DNA of 63,445 nucleotides, counting the filler, from Phoronis australis (Eukaryota; Animalia; Phoronida): the NCBI GenBank assembly GCA_002633005.1. It is 5 parts of 5 records of this genome, joined end to end, with 100 filler letters (N's around TTAATTAATTAA, not from the genome) between each part and the next. Parts side by side here need not be neighbours in the genome. Positions count along the whole stretch, not along the records: positions 24,533 to 38,694 come from NMRA01000336.1; positions 38,795 to 44,982 come from NMRA01000001.1; positions 45,083 to 53,827 come from NMRA01000662.1; 2 more parts are not named here. One strand, given 5' to 3'. A program made the translations under genes and the position numbers. Numbering within the stretch: the first letter of the stretch is position 1; every line of letters starts with the position of its first letter. Below the pieces are notes generated by a model. It was given only the letters and a program-made list of their open reading frames with translations. It did no database searches and was not told the origin of the DNA. Shown here piece after piece: positions 37,438 to 48,470 of the stretch.

Positions 37438-38694
37438 TAACTACTAATCTCATACTAAGAGACCTACTTGTTTATGGTCCACAGCGTTTGCGCGCGAAAC
37501 CTACTTCTTTTTGTAATGCTTATTACACGTTTTGTGCCATCGATTCGTAACAAATTTGTCGTATTTAAAATAGTCTTAAAATGCCCAAAAGACCAAATCC
37601 GTTTTTCGTGTTGGCAATAATGACGGGATTGCTTTGGAAATCATCTTAACATAAGGTTTGACAAAGAGAGTATTGCGAGTTTCTGAGTGATTCACTAAGA
37701 CTTCGATTAAAATTCCCATCTTACCAGCAGCTTCTATTTTTTCATCGTCACTCAGTCAGTGGCGGATCTACGGGGGGATTCAGGGGGTTGAAACCCCCCC
37801 TCGGGCCAGGACCCAAAAATTAAAAAAAAAAAAAAGTGTCTCAAGCAAAACAAAAACGGCACCGCCAGCATGTGTAAACCCCAAGTAAACCAACTTGGAA
37901 AAAAATGAGGGGGGGGTTCACTCTGAAAATATAGTTTTTGCATTGTGAATTGCTGAGTCTTTGTGGCTCATCAGCAAAACGCGCAGGTATTTATTGTGCG
38001 CGCGCTTCCGTCGACACTTCTGAAGTAGCCAAGCATCTTAGATGGATTCACCTCTGAAAGAGCAGTTCTGTAGCTGATTTCTTTAGGTAATTAGCTTCTT
38101 TACTCTACGATATGTTTTGATTTGATTAGGGGAAATACTGCGGTGCTGCAACCCTGATATTCAGGCGAATTGACGTGCAACGTTTTTACCTCATCTGTAA
38201 TGCCGTGTCATTCTATTACGCTCCGCACGTTTGTAACTGATGTATAGTAAAGTTGTCTTGCGCAATATCATACAGTGTACATGTACATGTAATATTGTGT
38301 ACATGTACATGTAATATTTTTGAAAAAAAATCTTTACGAAGAATTGCTATTGTGGCGGGCGCCGTGGTCTGGTCGCGAGTCCGTTTGAAGACACACTCTA
38401 TAACAAGTTATGTCTATACAAGGAATGACCATGGGGGCACTCACATTGAGAAAGTGACCGCATTCGCGAAAAGTGTACAGCACCAGAAATTGCGGGGAGG
38501 CTGTTCTTTCACAACAAAGTCTTGCGGGACTCGTGTGATGTTCAATAGGCCTCCTAAGGAGCCCTAGTTCCGACCTCAACACCTACCGTCTGTCTACCTG
38601 CAATAAGCACACTGCCGTCTTCTATACTGGGAATTTCCGCAGAAAGGCTCACCCGATGAAACGCTCATGCCCATGGGCATTTATTTGATATTAG

Positions 38695-38794
38695 NNNNNN
38701 NNNNNNNNNNNNNNNNNNNNNNNNNNNNNNNNNNNNNNTTAATTAATTAANNNNNNNNNNNNNNNNNNNNNNNNNNNNNNNNNNNNNNNNNNNN
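38695..38794. other. Artificial gap spacer N44-TTAATTAATTAA-N44
   Basis: Identical to the other three spacers. Confidence 0.97.
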
Positions 38795-39379
38795 GACATC
38801 GTCAAGACAAGGTAAAAATTACAAAGCCCGTTACACCAATTCTCAGATTCAAGCCTTACAGAGTAGTAATCATCCGTTGAACGCTTTAGTGACACGGGAG
38901 TTGCGTCGATCCCAAATTAGCGTTTCTAAAATTTTCCTTGTCCGAAAGTCGCGGGGCAAAAATCCGACGTTTATGACATTGTCCGAAGTTCGAAGATCAT
39001 TAAAAAACAGTTTTTGGACCTTGTACGAATTTCGTGGACTATGAAAAACTCATTTCGGAAATATTTATTCTTGGTCGAAAATGGCGGGCCGTCCGAAAAT
39101 CACGCGACTTTACCGTACTTTGGTATAAGCCATCATTTCGATGTGGCCTTTCGCAAAATTTTGTTGACTTATTTATGAGGGTATATTTCTCCCACGAAAA
39201 ATTACCCTCATTGTTGAGATTGGTTCAAATGTAGCTCTTCATAGCATGGTTTTTAGTCAAATCAGATGGTGTGTTTGTCTGGGCTGATAATATATTAGGT
39301 CATTCAGTTGTGAATGGTTTGTTCTTTTTAATTTCACTGTCTTTGGATGAAATTCTGGTCTTCTTTTATTCTATTTAGT

Positions 39380-39760
39380 CTTTTGCGTCTACTAACAAGA
39401 TGTGAAGTTTTTAAGAAAGTTTTTTTAAAATACAGGTTTTGGTTAAAGTATTTCTGGATGACTGATTAGATGAAGTATTTATACCAACAAGCTATGTATT
39501 GAAGATATGTTGTGGTCTATAGATACCTGTCAAAGCATTACAATCGATCTAAATGCTTGACTTCTGTGACTTCAGCATTAATTCAAGAAGATCAGTGATG
39601 CAGGGCAGTCTGACTTGGTTCTTTTTTAGTACTCAATGGAAATATGATACCTAGAAAAAATATATTCATGTTCCGTTATCCACCAATGGCTTTTGCATAA
39701 AGTCATAAGTAATGTTCAAAACAGTGTTGCTGGATTGTCTGCTTAGAATATGCTTTGAAA
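39380..39760 (-). mobile_element. Possible ancient LINE reverse transcriptase relic
   Basis: Minus-strand remnants in the expected order: DNPxN...LCK (NYRPISL region), QTAL, LDRL*CFDR (LDxSKAFD). Very decayed. Confidence 0.3.
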
Positions 39761-42004
39761 ATTGGTTAAATGCTAGCTTTCCCCACCAGGTGGTTCATTA
39801 AACTCATCGTCAAGGATAAAACCTTGACTACCACAAATATATGTTTTTATAATAGCTGCTGTTACTGTGACAGCTGCTACCTGCCCAGGTAATTCTGTTC
39901 ATTGTACAGTGTACAGTAATTCTTCTCTTGCAAGCTGGATTTTTGTAGCCAGCACCAAAGTTGATTTTGCAGACATGTGCCAAGGTCCTGTGTTGTGGTA
40001 TATTAGTTTCAGCTTGTTGCAGGCAGGCATGTGATTATCTATGGTGTCTAGATTTTGTATCTGGTCTATAAGTGTAGTTGTAGAATGATGGAGCTGAAAC
40101 TAATTGGTGTCGCAAATTAGAAGTATGTCAGTAGTGAGTTGTTTTTTGCGGTATGAGATCCATTGACGAGACAGTGTGACGACCTTTTGATTGTCTGCAC
40201 AGCAATTGGTTCATCTCTTCAGTGTAGGTTACTTTTAGGTAAGTTTTCAAACGATGCTAATCTTGAGTGTTATTGTATGTGAGTTACAATATTAGGTACA
40301 TAAAGGATGTGTATGTAGGTGAGCTGGGTAGCAACAGATGAAGGACTCCTGGCTATGAATGAATATGTAAGAAACAGCTGGCTGTAATCCTGTTGTGCTG
40401 GGTGTGTTGCTGTATGAATATTTATTGGGTCTTTTTGGTGACCTTAAAAGACTTCATTGCTATTCTACATCTGGTGTCTGATGCCATATTTCCTTAACAC
40501 TTTACAGCATTTTTATGAAGTTTGGCAGATATGGCTCTTAATGAAACTGACAACAGGTGGCGACAACTTTCAAAAGGATTCAGCTAATATTGTGCCCCCT
40601 CTTAGCTGTTTCATGTTTTCACTACTGCCTTTGTATCTGCCATAAACATTTGGGTTAATACTCACGCTCCCATAAGTGCCCACCTCTACTTATGACAATT
40701 TTCGGATGATCCACTCACTGTTGCTCGACTAAACGCCTAACCTCGACTTTTGAGAATTTTCTGTTAAGCACCCACTGATGACACTAGAGCCCGCCCCTAC
40801 ATTATTTCACCAAATTTATTTTCAAAACAGTAAGACACACTTTTAAATGCAGAATCTGGATTGATTTCAAGTCGCAATGTTATTTGCGGTCGTTGTTGGG
40901 GACATCGCATTTTGCTGGTGTCTTCTACAGTGCCTTAAAAATGCCTATTTTGAAATTGGCACTTATGGAGAATATAGTCCGACACGGACACTCGCTCTAA
41001 ACTACAACAAATTTATCTTGTCAATAGCATATAAGGCCGCAGTTCTACTCTTCTTTAGCGCGCAATATGGCTGACGAGCGAAATTCTATTCCTAAACATA
41101 GAGATTATTCAAGAAAATTTTAGTCTGTCACTAGCTTGGTTTGTACTTTATAGCTGCTAAAACAAATTTAGTAAGATGTAAGATTTCCATTATTTTGTAA
41201 CAAAGTAAACTGCTGCGAAAAATATAAAACTGACACAGTTTTGACACTTATTTTTATGTGAAATAAGTGGAAGTTACCATGGTTCAGTAAGTCATCCTTG
41301 TTTCAATAACCCTACCTGTTGTAGTGTGATATGCCTTTGTCTTCTTTTCTCTGTTGGCCATTCAATCAACTTATGAGTACTTCTTCCTTCCTTGGAATGT
41401 TTAGTAATTGGCCTTTAGCAATACTTCTGTCTTGTCACATTAGCCTAATGTCTGATTTAATGATTTAAGAGATTTTCAACACCTGTTGTAGTAATGTAGT
41501 AACAATTACAATTATCACCAAGATTTGGGGAAAAGGTAACGAACACTTCAATAAAAATACAGATTTAGACTAAGTGTTTTGTTTTCCATTGGAATTTTGG
41601 GGTATAATCAATTACAGGATTCCTGCATTTTTGAAAACCAGTTTGATGCTTGTTATTCAGTTGAGACATCTAGTTCCCAAAACACAGGGGCCCTGTAAGT
41701 GACCGACATTCGTTACCTGAATTGTTTCTCTCTTGCAGATCTTATCCATTTATGGATATCGCCATTTGTTTATAACATTTTCCCTAAAGGCCAAAAAGGC
41801 ATCAATGTAGTCGAATCTTTCAGAAAGGCGTAAGTAGTTAGCGGACACCAAAGTTTCTCTATTTGATGTGTGAGTCGTCTAAGTTGTCGCAAGATGGCTC
41901 ACAGAAAACATAATGCTGAGAAGTTTTTTCAATTAGTAGTAGATATATATGGTCTTGTGATAAATGGAATAAAGCAGAGGCGGATCTTTGGGGGGGACCA
42001 AAAA

Positions 42005-43225
42005 TAAAAACGAGAGCGCTCGGAGGAGCGACACTTGGCGGAATTAATCGAAAAGACGACGAACACGATATCATTCATGTGACTAGCGAAGAAATCAAAT
42101 TGAGAGCATACAATGAACTACAATAAAGAATGAAAGCCTGTTCAAAACTCTATCTAAATTGGTAGTTTAGCAAACACGATAACATTCATGTGACTAGCGA
42201 AGAAATCAAATAGAGAGCATACAATCAACTACAATAAAGAATAATAGATGGCGCAACATGACGGTCCAGTCTGCAGTAGGACAGTGCTGGCTGGGTCAGT
42301 CTGGGTCAACTAGGCATAACCAAAACAAAGTGAACTGAAAGCCAGCCAGCTGCGTGCTTGCATTTAGGTGACCGAAGGAACAACGATATCCGAAAATCTC
42401 AAATAATTCAAAAAGTAGACGTCGTAGCGCAAAATGGAAAATATCTTCTGACAGCCCGTTCAAAACTCTATCTAAAATGGTAGTTTGGCAAACACGATAA
42501 CATTCATGTGACTAGCGAAGAAATCAAATAGAGAGCATACAATCAACTACAATAAAGAATAATAGATGGCGCAACATGACGGTCCAGTCTACAGTAGAAC
42601 AGTGCTGGGTGGGTCAGTCTGGGTCAACTAGGCATAATCAAAACAAGGTGAACTGAAAGCCAGCCAGCTGCGTGCTTGCATTTAGGTGACCGAAGGAACA
42701 ACGGTATCCGAAAATCTCAAATAATTCCAAAAGTAGACGTCGTAGCGCAAAATGGAAAATATCTTCTGAAAGTCCGTTCAAAATTCTATCTAAAGTGGTA
42801 GTTTGGCAAAAATCCAAAAATTTTTCGAGAAAATTGAAAATTTGCCGGTTTTTTTTTGAAATTCAAAGTCAAATAACTCGAAAACGGTAAGTCTGAGAAA
42901 TACGCACTCGCAGACTTTTTGAAAGGCCATACTTCAAGGAATCCACATGCAAAAATTCATGTCATTTACTCTTCCCGTTAAAAATGCGACACCAGAGCGA
43001 TTGAAACCATGTGAACATGCGCCACAGCCGCCATCTTGAAAGTGACTTCCGGTTCAACAATTTTTTATAAAAGCTTATTAAACTCAACAAACACGTGACC
43101 AGTTTGAAAGTGATTGGTTTGCAAATGCGCCCTCTACAGGAGAAAATGTTTTTTTGCCATATTTCGGGGTGCGCATGCGCCACGTCCAATATTTCTGCCA
43201 TCTTTAACCGGAAGTTAAGGATTTT
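42005..43225 (-). mobile_element. Inverted partial copy of the HINE-like family, with a ~318-bp internal tandem duplication (42135-42810)
   Basis: 42810-43215 is the reverse complement of about 34135-34600; 42011-42045 is the reverse complement of the 3' subTIR plus hairpin at 37094-37128. Confidence 0.8.
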
Positions 43226-43663
43226 CTCTAAAGCAGAGGCGGATCTTCAGGGGGGGACCAAAAATAAAAATGACAGTGACACTTGTTGATAACTCCGATA
43301 ACACCAAAGTGACATAGATGCGAAAAACTTATAACATAAGGGAAAACTATTTTACAGTAGATATGTTTGTCAATTTTGGTTTGTACTGAACAACAGGGTA
43401 TTATAGGGAACTTTTTTAAGAATTTGAGCATTTCAACAATGTAATCAAACTTTGAATATTGAAAAATTGCAATCGCGGCATTTTTGTGTGAACTTGAAGA
43501 GAAACTGCTTTAGTTTCATCCCAGTCTCATTTCAACAAATTGTGGCTATTTGATATTATTTCAAACTCGTTATGCAAGGCCTGAAGTTGTGAGAAGGGAT
43601 ATTGGGTTTTAACTGAACGAGCCATTATATTCAGCCTTGCAAAGTTTGACGACATATTGATTT

Positions 43664-44181
43664 TTTGTAGTCATTTCAGGCTTCATCATGTTTAAATGTT
43701 TCATTATTAGTCATCCAGTGAATTCACCTGCAGGTGTTTGTATTGCATTAGCTTTATGGTGTCTTGTTGTGGCCTTAAAACTTTCATCAGAGTAAGGTGG
43801 GAAATTGGTTTCAGGCCCTTTCATACTAAAGTCGACGCGTCAGTTTTTTGGGGAGTTGCGGTTAGTCTGAACGGTTATTTTGGGTCCTGGATTGAAGTCA
43901 ACAGTGTCAGTTAATTTCGCAGTTTGTAGTCATTTCAAGCTTCATCATGTTTAAATGTTTCATTATTAGTCATCCAGTGAATTCACCTGCAGGTGTTTGT
44001 ATTGCATTAGCTTTATGGTGTCTTGTTGTGGCCTTAAAACTTTCACCAGAATAAGGTGGGAAATTAGTTTCAGGCCCTTTCCTACTAAAGTCGACGCGTC
44101 AGTTTTTTGGGGAGTTGCGGTTAGTCTGAACGGTTATTTTGGGTCCTGGATTGAAGTCAACAGTGTCAGTTAACTTCGCAG
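43664..44181. repeat. Tandem duplication of a 259-bp unit (2 near-identical copies)
   Basis: TTTGTAGTCATTTCA... starts at 43664 and 43923. Confidence 0.95.
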
Positions 44182-44556
44182 TAAATTGGTGGATTTAACA
44201 TTGTATTGTCTATGCTGCAGTCCAGTGTGAACGGTCAATGCCTTCAGTTCTATCAAAGTTATCGCCAGGGGCAACTGTTATCGTCATCAATTAAAGGGCA
44301 GTGTCATCCCTATTAGTTGTTTAGATTTTGCTTGAATAATCACCAATCGAATTAGAAATACGTTTTAATTAGCACATGTAATAGTTCCCAAATTGTCGCA
44401 TTAAAAAAATCTTTAATTAGCATGTAGGCGATACATCAGCTCTACCTTCGATGACAACAGTGTCACCTGCTGTTTACTTTAAAGTCTGTACTGAAACTGG
44501 TATGAAGGGGGTTTCTGCTCCACCCAGACTGGAGTTAAGTCAGTATGAAAGGGCCT
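44072..44556. mobile_element. MITE with TIR AGGCCCTTTCATACT (PIF/Harbinger-like), both ends locally duplicated
   Basis: Left TIR at 43813 and 44072; right TIR AGTATGAAAGGGCCT ending at 44556 (followed by TTA) and a variant ending at 44810. Confidence 0.6.
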
Positions 44557-44900
44557 TTAATGTACATAGGGTTGTATTTAGACAGTTGCGATATCTAACT
44601 GTTTTGATCCTCACTTACAGATTTTCATAGTTTGTCTTTTTAAACATATTTTCTGTTCATTATTACTTCTGCAAATTTTGTTTACAGAAGCCGCTATGAA
44701 TGGTTCAGTTAACTTGGCAGTTTATGTCTAGGAGAGTTCAGTTAACTTCACAGTTTATGTCAAGAGGGCTCCCTCAGACTGGAGTTACATAAGTCAGTAT
44801 GAAAAGGCCTTTGATGTACATGGGATTGTATTCAGACAGTTTGGCTGTTTTGATCTTCACTTACAGATGTTCATAGTTAGCCTTTCTAACTTATTTTCTG

Positions 44901-44982
44901 TTTATTACTTGGCGGAATTCTTCCGCCAAGTATGTTGCTCTGACAGCAAGTTTTTTTTTTTTTTTACTTGGCGGAATTCTTC
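44901..44982 (+). mobile_element. Two tandem 5' ends of the HINE-like family at a contig end
   Basis: Perfect hairpin ACTTGGCGGAA-TTC-TTCCGCCAAGT (44907-44931) followed by ATGTTGCTCTG as at 33866; restarts at 44966 after a T-run. Confidence 0.75.
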
Positions 44983-45082
44983 NNNNNNNNNNNNNNNNNN
45001 NNNNNNNNNNNNNNNNNNNNNNNNNNTTAATTAATTAANNNNNNNNNNNNNNNNNNNNNNNNNNNNNNNNNNNNNNNNNNNN
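44983..45082. other. Artificial gap spacer N44-TTAATTAATTAA-N44
   Basis: Identical to the other three spacers. Confidence 0.97.
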
Positions 45083-45552
45083 GAGGGCGGTAGTCTGGGG
45101 GAGCTATCAAGTGGTGGACGAGGCAAATGTACTGGTGTTGGGTGATGGGAGGAGTAGCCAGTATGAGAAAAGGAGGACTGGGGTCTGCTAGGGGGGGTTG
45201 ACAGGGGGGGTTTGGGAGGAAAGGCAAAATGTGGCCTGATGGGTGTCCCTTGTCTATGTTGTGTTGTTGGATGCTGCGGAGATGGGTAGAATTGACTTGA
45301 AGGACGCACCATGCCTGGCCTATTATGACTGGTGGGAGCCATGCCTAGCCCAGTGTGGCTGGTGGGCACCATGCCTGGCCCAGTGTGGCTGATGGGTACC
45401 ATGCCTGGCCCAGTGTGGCTGGTGGGCACCATGCCTGGCCCAGTGTGGCTGGTGGACACCATGCCTGGCCCAGTGTGGCTGGTGGACACCATGCCTGGCC
45501 CAGTGTGGCTGGTGGGCACCATGCCTGTCCCAGTGTGGTGTGGGAAAGACAT
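45083..45552 (-). CDS. Probable first coding exon of an unidentified Pro/His/Ser-rich protein with (HTGPGMVPTS)x8; truncated by the gap
   Basis: Open frame from the ATG at 45552 into the gap, continuing about 70 codons beyond the repeat; GC-rich against the background; strong acceptor TTTTTTTTTTTCTTTCAG 4 nt upstream of the ATG. Confidence 0.55.
45306..45539. repeat. 30-bp minisatellite, 8 copies (GCACCATGCCTGGCCCAGTGTGGCTGGTGG)
   Basis: ATGCCT recurs at 45311, 45341, ... 45521 with no indels. Confidence 0.95.
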
Positions 45553-45961
45553 CTAGCTGAAAGAAAAAAAAAAACAGTGCAGTTTCTTTTATTCAACTTA
45601 CCATTCCTAGGAGGACAGGTAAATTCCAATGCCAACACAGAAAGCTCGAACAGTAGTTGTAGCATGTTTGTGACTCTTTAAAAGATGGTTATCCTAACTT
45701 GTGCACAAAAAACTGAGGCAAAAAAATGGAGTGATCACCCACCAGTCACCTGTCACCACTTGACATGTTTTTGACAAAAAAGAAATTAACAGGTATGTGA
45801 ATAGAGTCGGATTGTAAACAATAACCTGGACCGATAAAGACGGTAAAAAAGACTAATTAAATCAGGTGGCATTCTCCTTTAAGTACAGTAAATAAACACC
45901 TCGGAAAAACGGAGAATGCATGAATAAAAAGAGCCTAATCGGTACTAGCAATACATTTTTG

Positions 45962-46336
45962 GGTAATTGTTTACAATATGACGGCAATGACTTAGACATA
46001 TGATTTTGGTATCGTTCAATTCCTCGCAATGTTATCTTTCCAAATATACACAGAAATTTTTCCTACCCCGTTCCCTTAGTATTTTATCGTGAAATTTCTT
46101 CTAGCACTATTTCCTGGTACGCGGTAGTAATACCGCCATGTTTCATTCATTAACAGTAGGTGTCGCTGTAATCTTGAGTTGAGCTAACATGGCGGTGTCC
46201 ACCGGGAAATATTGCCAACTGAAATTCGACGATAAAATATGGAGGAAACGCGGTAGGGGATCAATTCATATATATTTTTGGAAAGATACCAAAACCATAT
46301 CTCTAAGTCATTGTCGTCATATTGTAAACAATTACC
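45962..46336. mobile_element. Foldback MITE with long imperfect inverted arms
   Basis: GGTAATTGTTTACAATATGAC... at 45962 is the inverse of ...GTCATATTGTAAACAATTACC ending at 46336; complementarity continues inward to CCGCCATG/CATGGCGG. Confidence 0.8.
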
Positions 46337-47922
46337 TATTTTGGCTATCACCATGATCAGCATCGGGAAAGGATTCAGAAAATGTAATATCAAGTATGTA
46401 CGTTAATGGAGTCGGCTCGGCAAAACTTTCTATGTAGTTACCACCAGTCATCGCCATGCCATGGGCATGGGCTCAAGCGCCTGTGAGCTTATCATAGAGA
46501 CAACCTTGCGTTAGGCTTATTCCTACGCCGCGGATCCAGAACATTGAACATGGCATACAATCGAAGATTGTGTTAGTCTTACATTATAAAATTAACAATC
46601 TACTGACTCCATTTCGTTTTAATTTTACCTCACGCGAACTTGTCTTGATAGTCGCAAAACCGGAAACAAGTTGCGCCTTCCATTGTTACATTACTTCGCA
46701 GCGCCCTCATACGCAAGGGCTGAACGAAAACTTGGTGTCTGACTCGGAAACAGCCAGACAGGTCTAAGCCTTGTTTGTTACATTAGTCTGTTTATTTGAC
46801 AAAACCACACCTCAAAATGCCACTATTCATATTTTGACAACATTAAAAGCCCTTCCTAAGGCTAATATATCTAACTGTTACAATACACTCTACTGAAAAA
46901 GTGAAATAACTACATCATCCCGTGGCCCAGTTATGGCTACCCGGCATAAATAACCGGCTTTCGGGTGAAAATGGCCTTATATTTGAATATTACAAAAATG
47001 AGCACGTAACTTATCCAAAAGTCACTGTGGACACACCACTTCGCGGAATATTCTTTCGTCAAACCCAGCACTTTATTTTTAGCAGGCTCTACTCTCTGGG
47101 CCCGAGGCCTCTGCCGGCCTTTCGGGCCCTGGCTGCCCGGCCCGCGTCATAAAATGCTTGGGATCACTTCGCGTCACTAGCTTGATTTACCACCAGTACT
47201 GATTCTTGACAATCACTTCTGATATGAGGTGGGGCTATTTATAAAAGCTACAAGCTGAATTTAACTGCGCCTCTGTAGCAGTCTAGTGGTGCCGGGGTAG
47301 CTCTTTCAAGGGGGGCGGGGGGGGGGCTCTCCGCGGACCCGCCGGCACTGAGGCGGCAGGACTGGGGTAGCATGCATCATAGAACTCTAGCCCTGTCAGC
47401 TGACAACTCCCGTACATCATTGAGCTACGTTTCTATTACCTTGCGACCCCGAGACTTAACCGCGAGAATTCACTCTGCAGTAAATTTCCCACGGCTATCT
47501 GAGGTCGAGTCTTGATAGTATCAAATCAAGCCTAATTTCCTAACGGAGACTCTTGGAAGTACGGTTCCAAGCAACCAGCGATTTCTCGGCATGCACCGAC
47601 CTGTGGCCCTAGCTGTATATTGGGAATCGTCTGGCCTCTCTGGCCATCTTTTCAGCTCAGTGAAGTCTTAGAATCTCTTTGACAGCCTATCGGCAACATG
47701 CCAGTTCAGCAATACACTTTTGAGTGTTAAAATCGTGTTACAGTATTTTACGGAAAGAAGTGACATTTGATTTCTAAATGTTTTTATAATTGTTAAAATG
47801 AAAAGTTTAGGCCCGACGAACATAGATCTGTGTTTACATATAACTTCCGAAAAACATAGTACTCATATTTGTAACTAAATGTGTGCGTATTGTTTTCTTT
47901 CAAGTGTTTCTATAATAATTCG

Positions 47923-48470
47923 TTTGTGCAATGTTTACCTGTTGCCCAGATGTCGTTTTTGTTAATTCTTGTGAAATAATCCAATACAATTGTGTTGCTT
48001 GCAGCATGCAGTGTACTTGCCGTGACCGATCTTGGGGGCCGACTATCCACGAACTTTTTGATTTTTCCCGCCACCCGCCTCACCATCAATTTGTCCCGCG
48101 TTTTGACACATGGCGAAATTGACACATTATCATAAAAATACTATTGCAATTTCCCACACGGCATACCCCTATTTTCCCGTTCGACTAAAAAGAAAAAAAC
48201 GGGACTTTTCATCGGTTTTTGCGGCACCCGCAATTTCCCATTCGACTAAAAAAACAGAAAACACCGTCGATGACTTTTGAGAGTTACCTCTCTCGTTCGA
48301 TAAAAAACGTTGTCGGGACGTTTTCATGTGTTGCAGTGAATATCTCACCATTGCTTTCTGGCTTAGACCCAGATATCCCGCTTTTTATTTGAAAGTCCTT
48401 CTTTTCAATCCAGTAGTCCCGTTTCTTCCTTCTCGAATGTTGACCTTGACAACTATGCGATAGGTGTTTA
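47923..48470 (+). repeat. Dispersed repeat, diverged copy of 21553-22150
   Basis: Collinear shared blocks as listed for the other copy. Confidence 0.75.

Noticed and set aside
45332-45681. Alternative-frame ORFs over the 30-bp repeat (PGPVWLVGTM, HHAWPSVAGG, LGQAWCPPAT)
   Set aside because: Open mainly because the unit is a multiple of 3; only the HTGPGMVPTS frame has an adjacent acceptor plus ATG and a long open extension.
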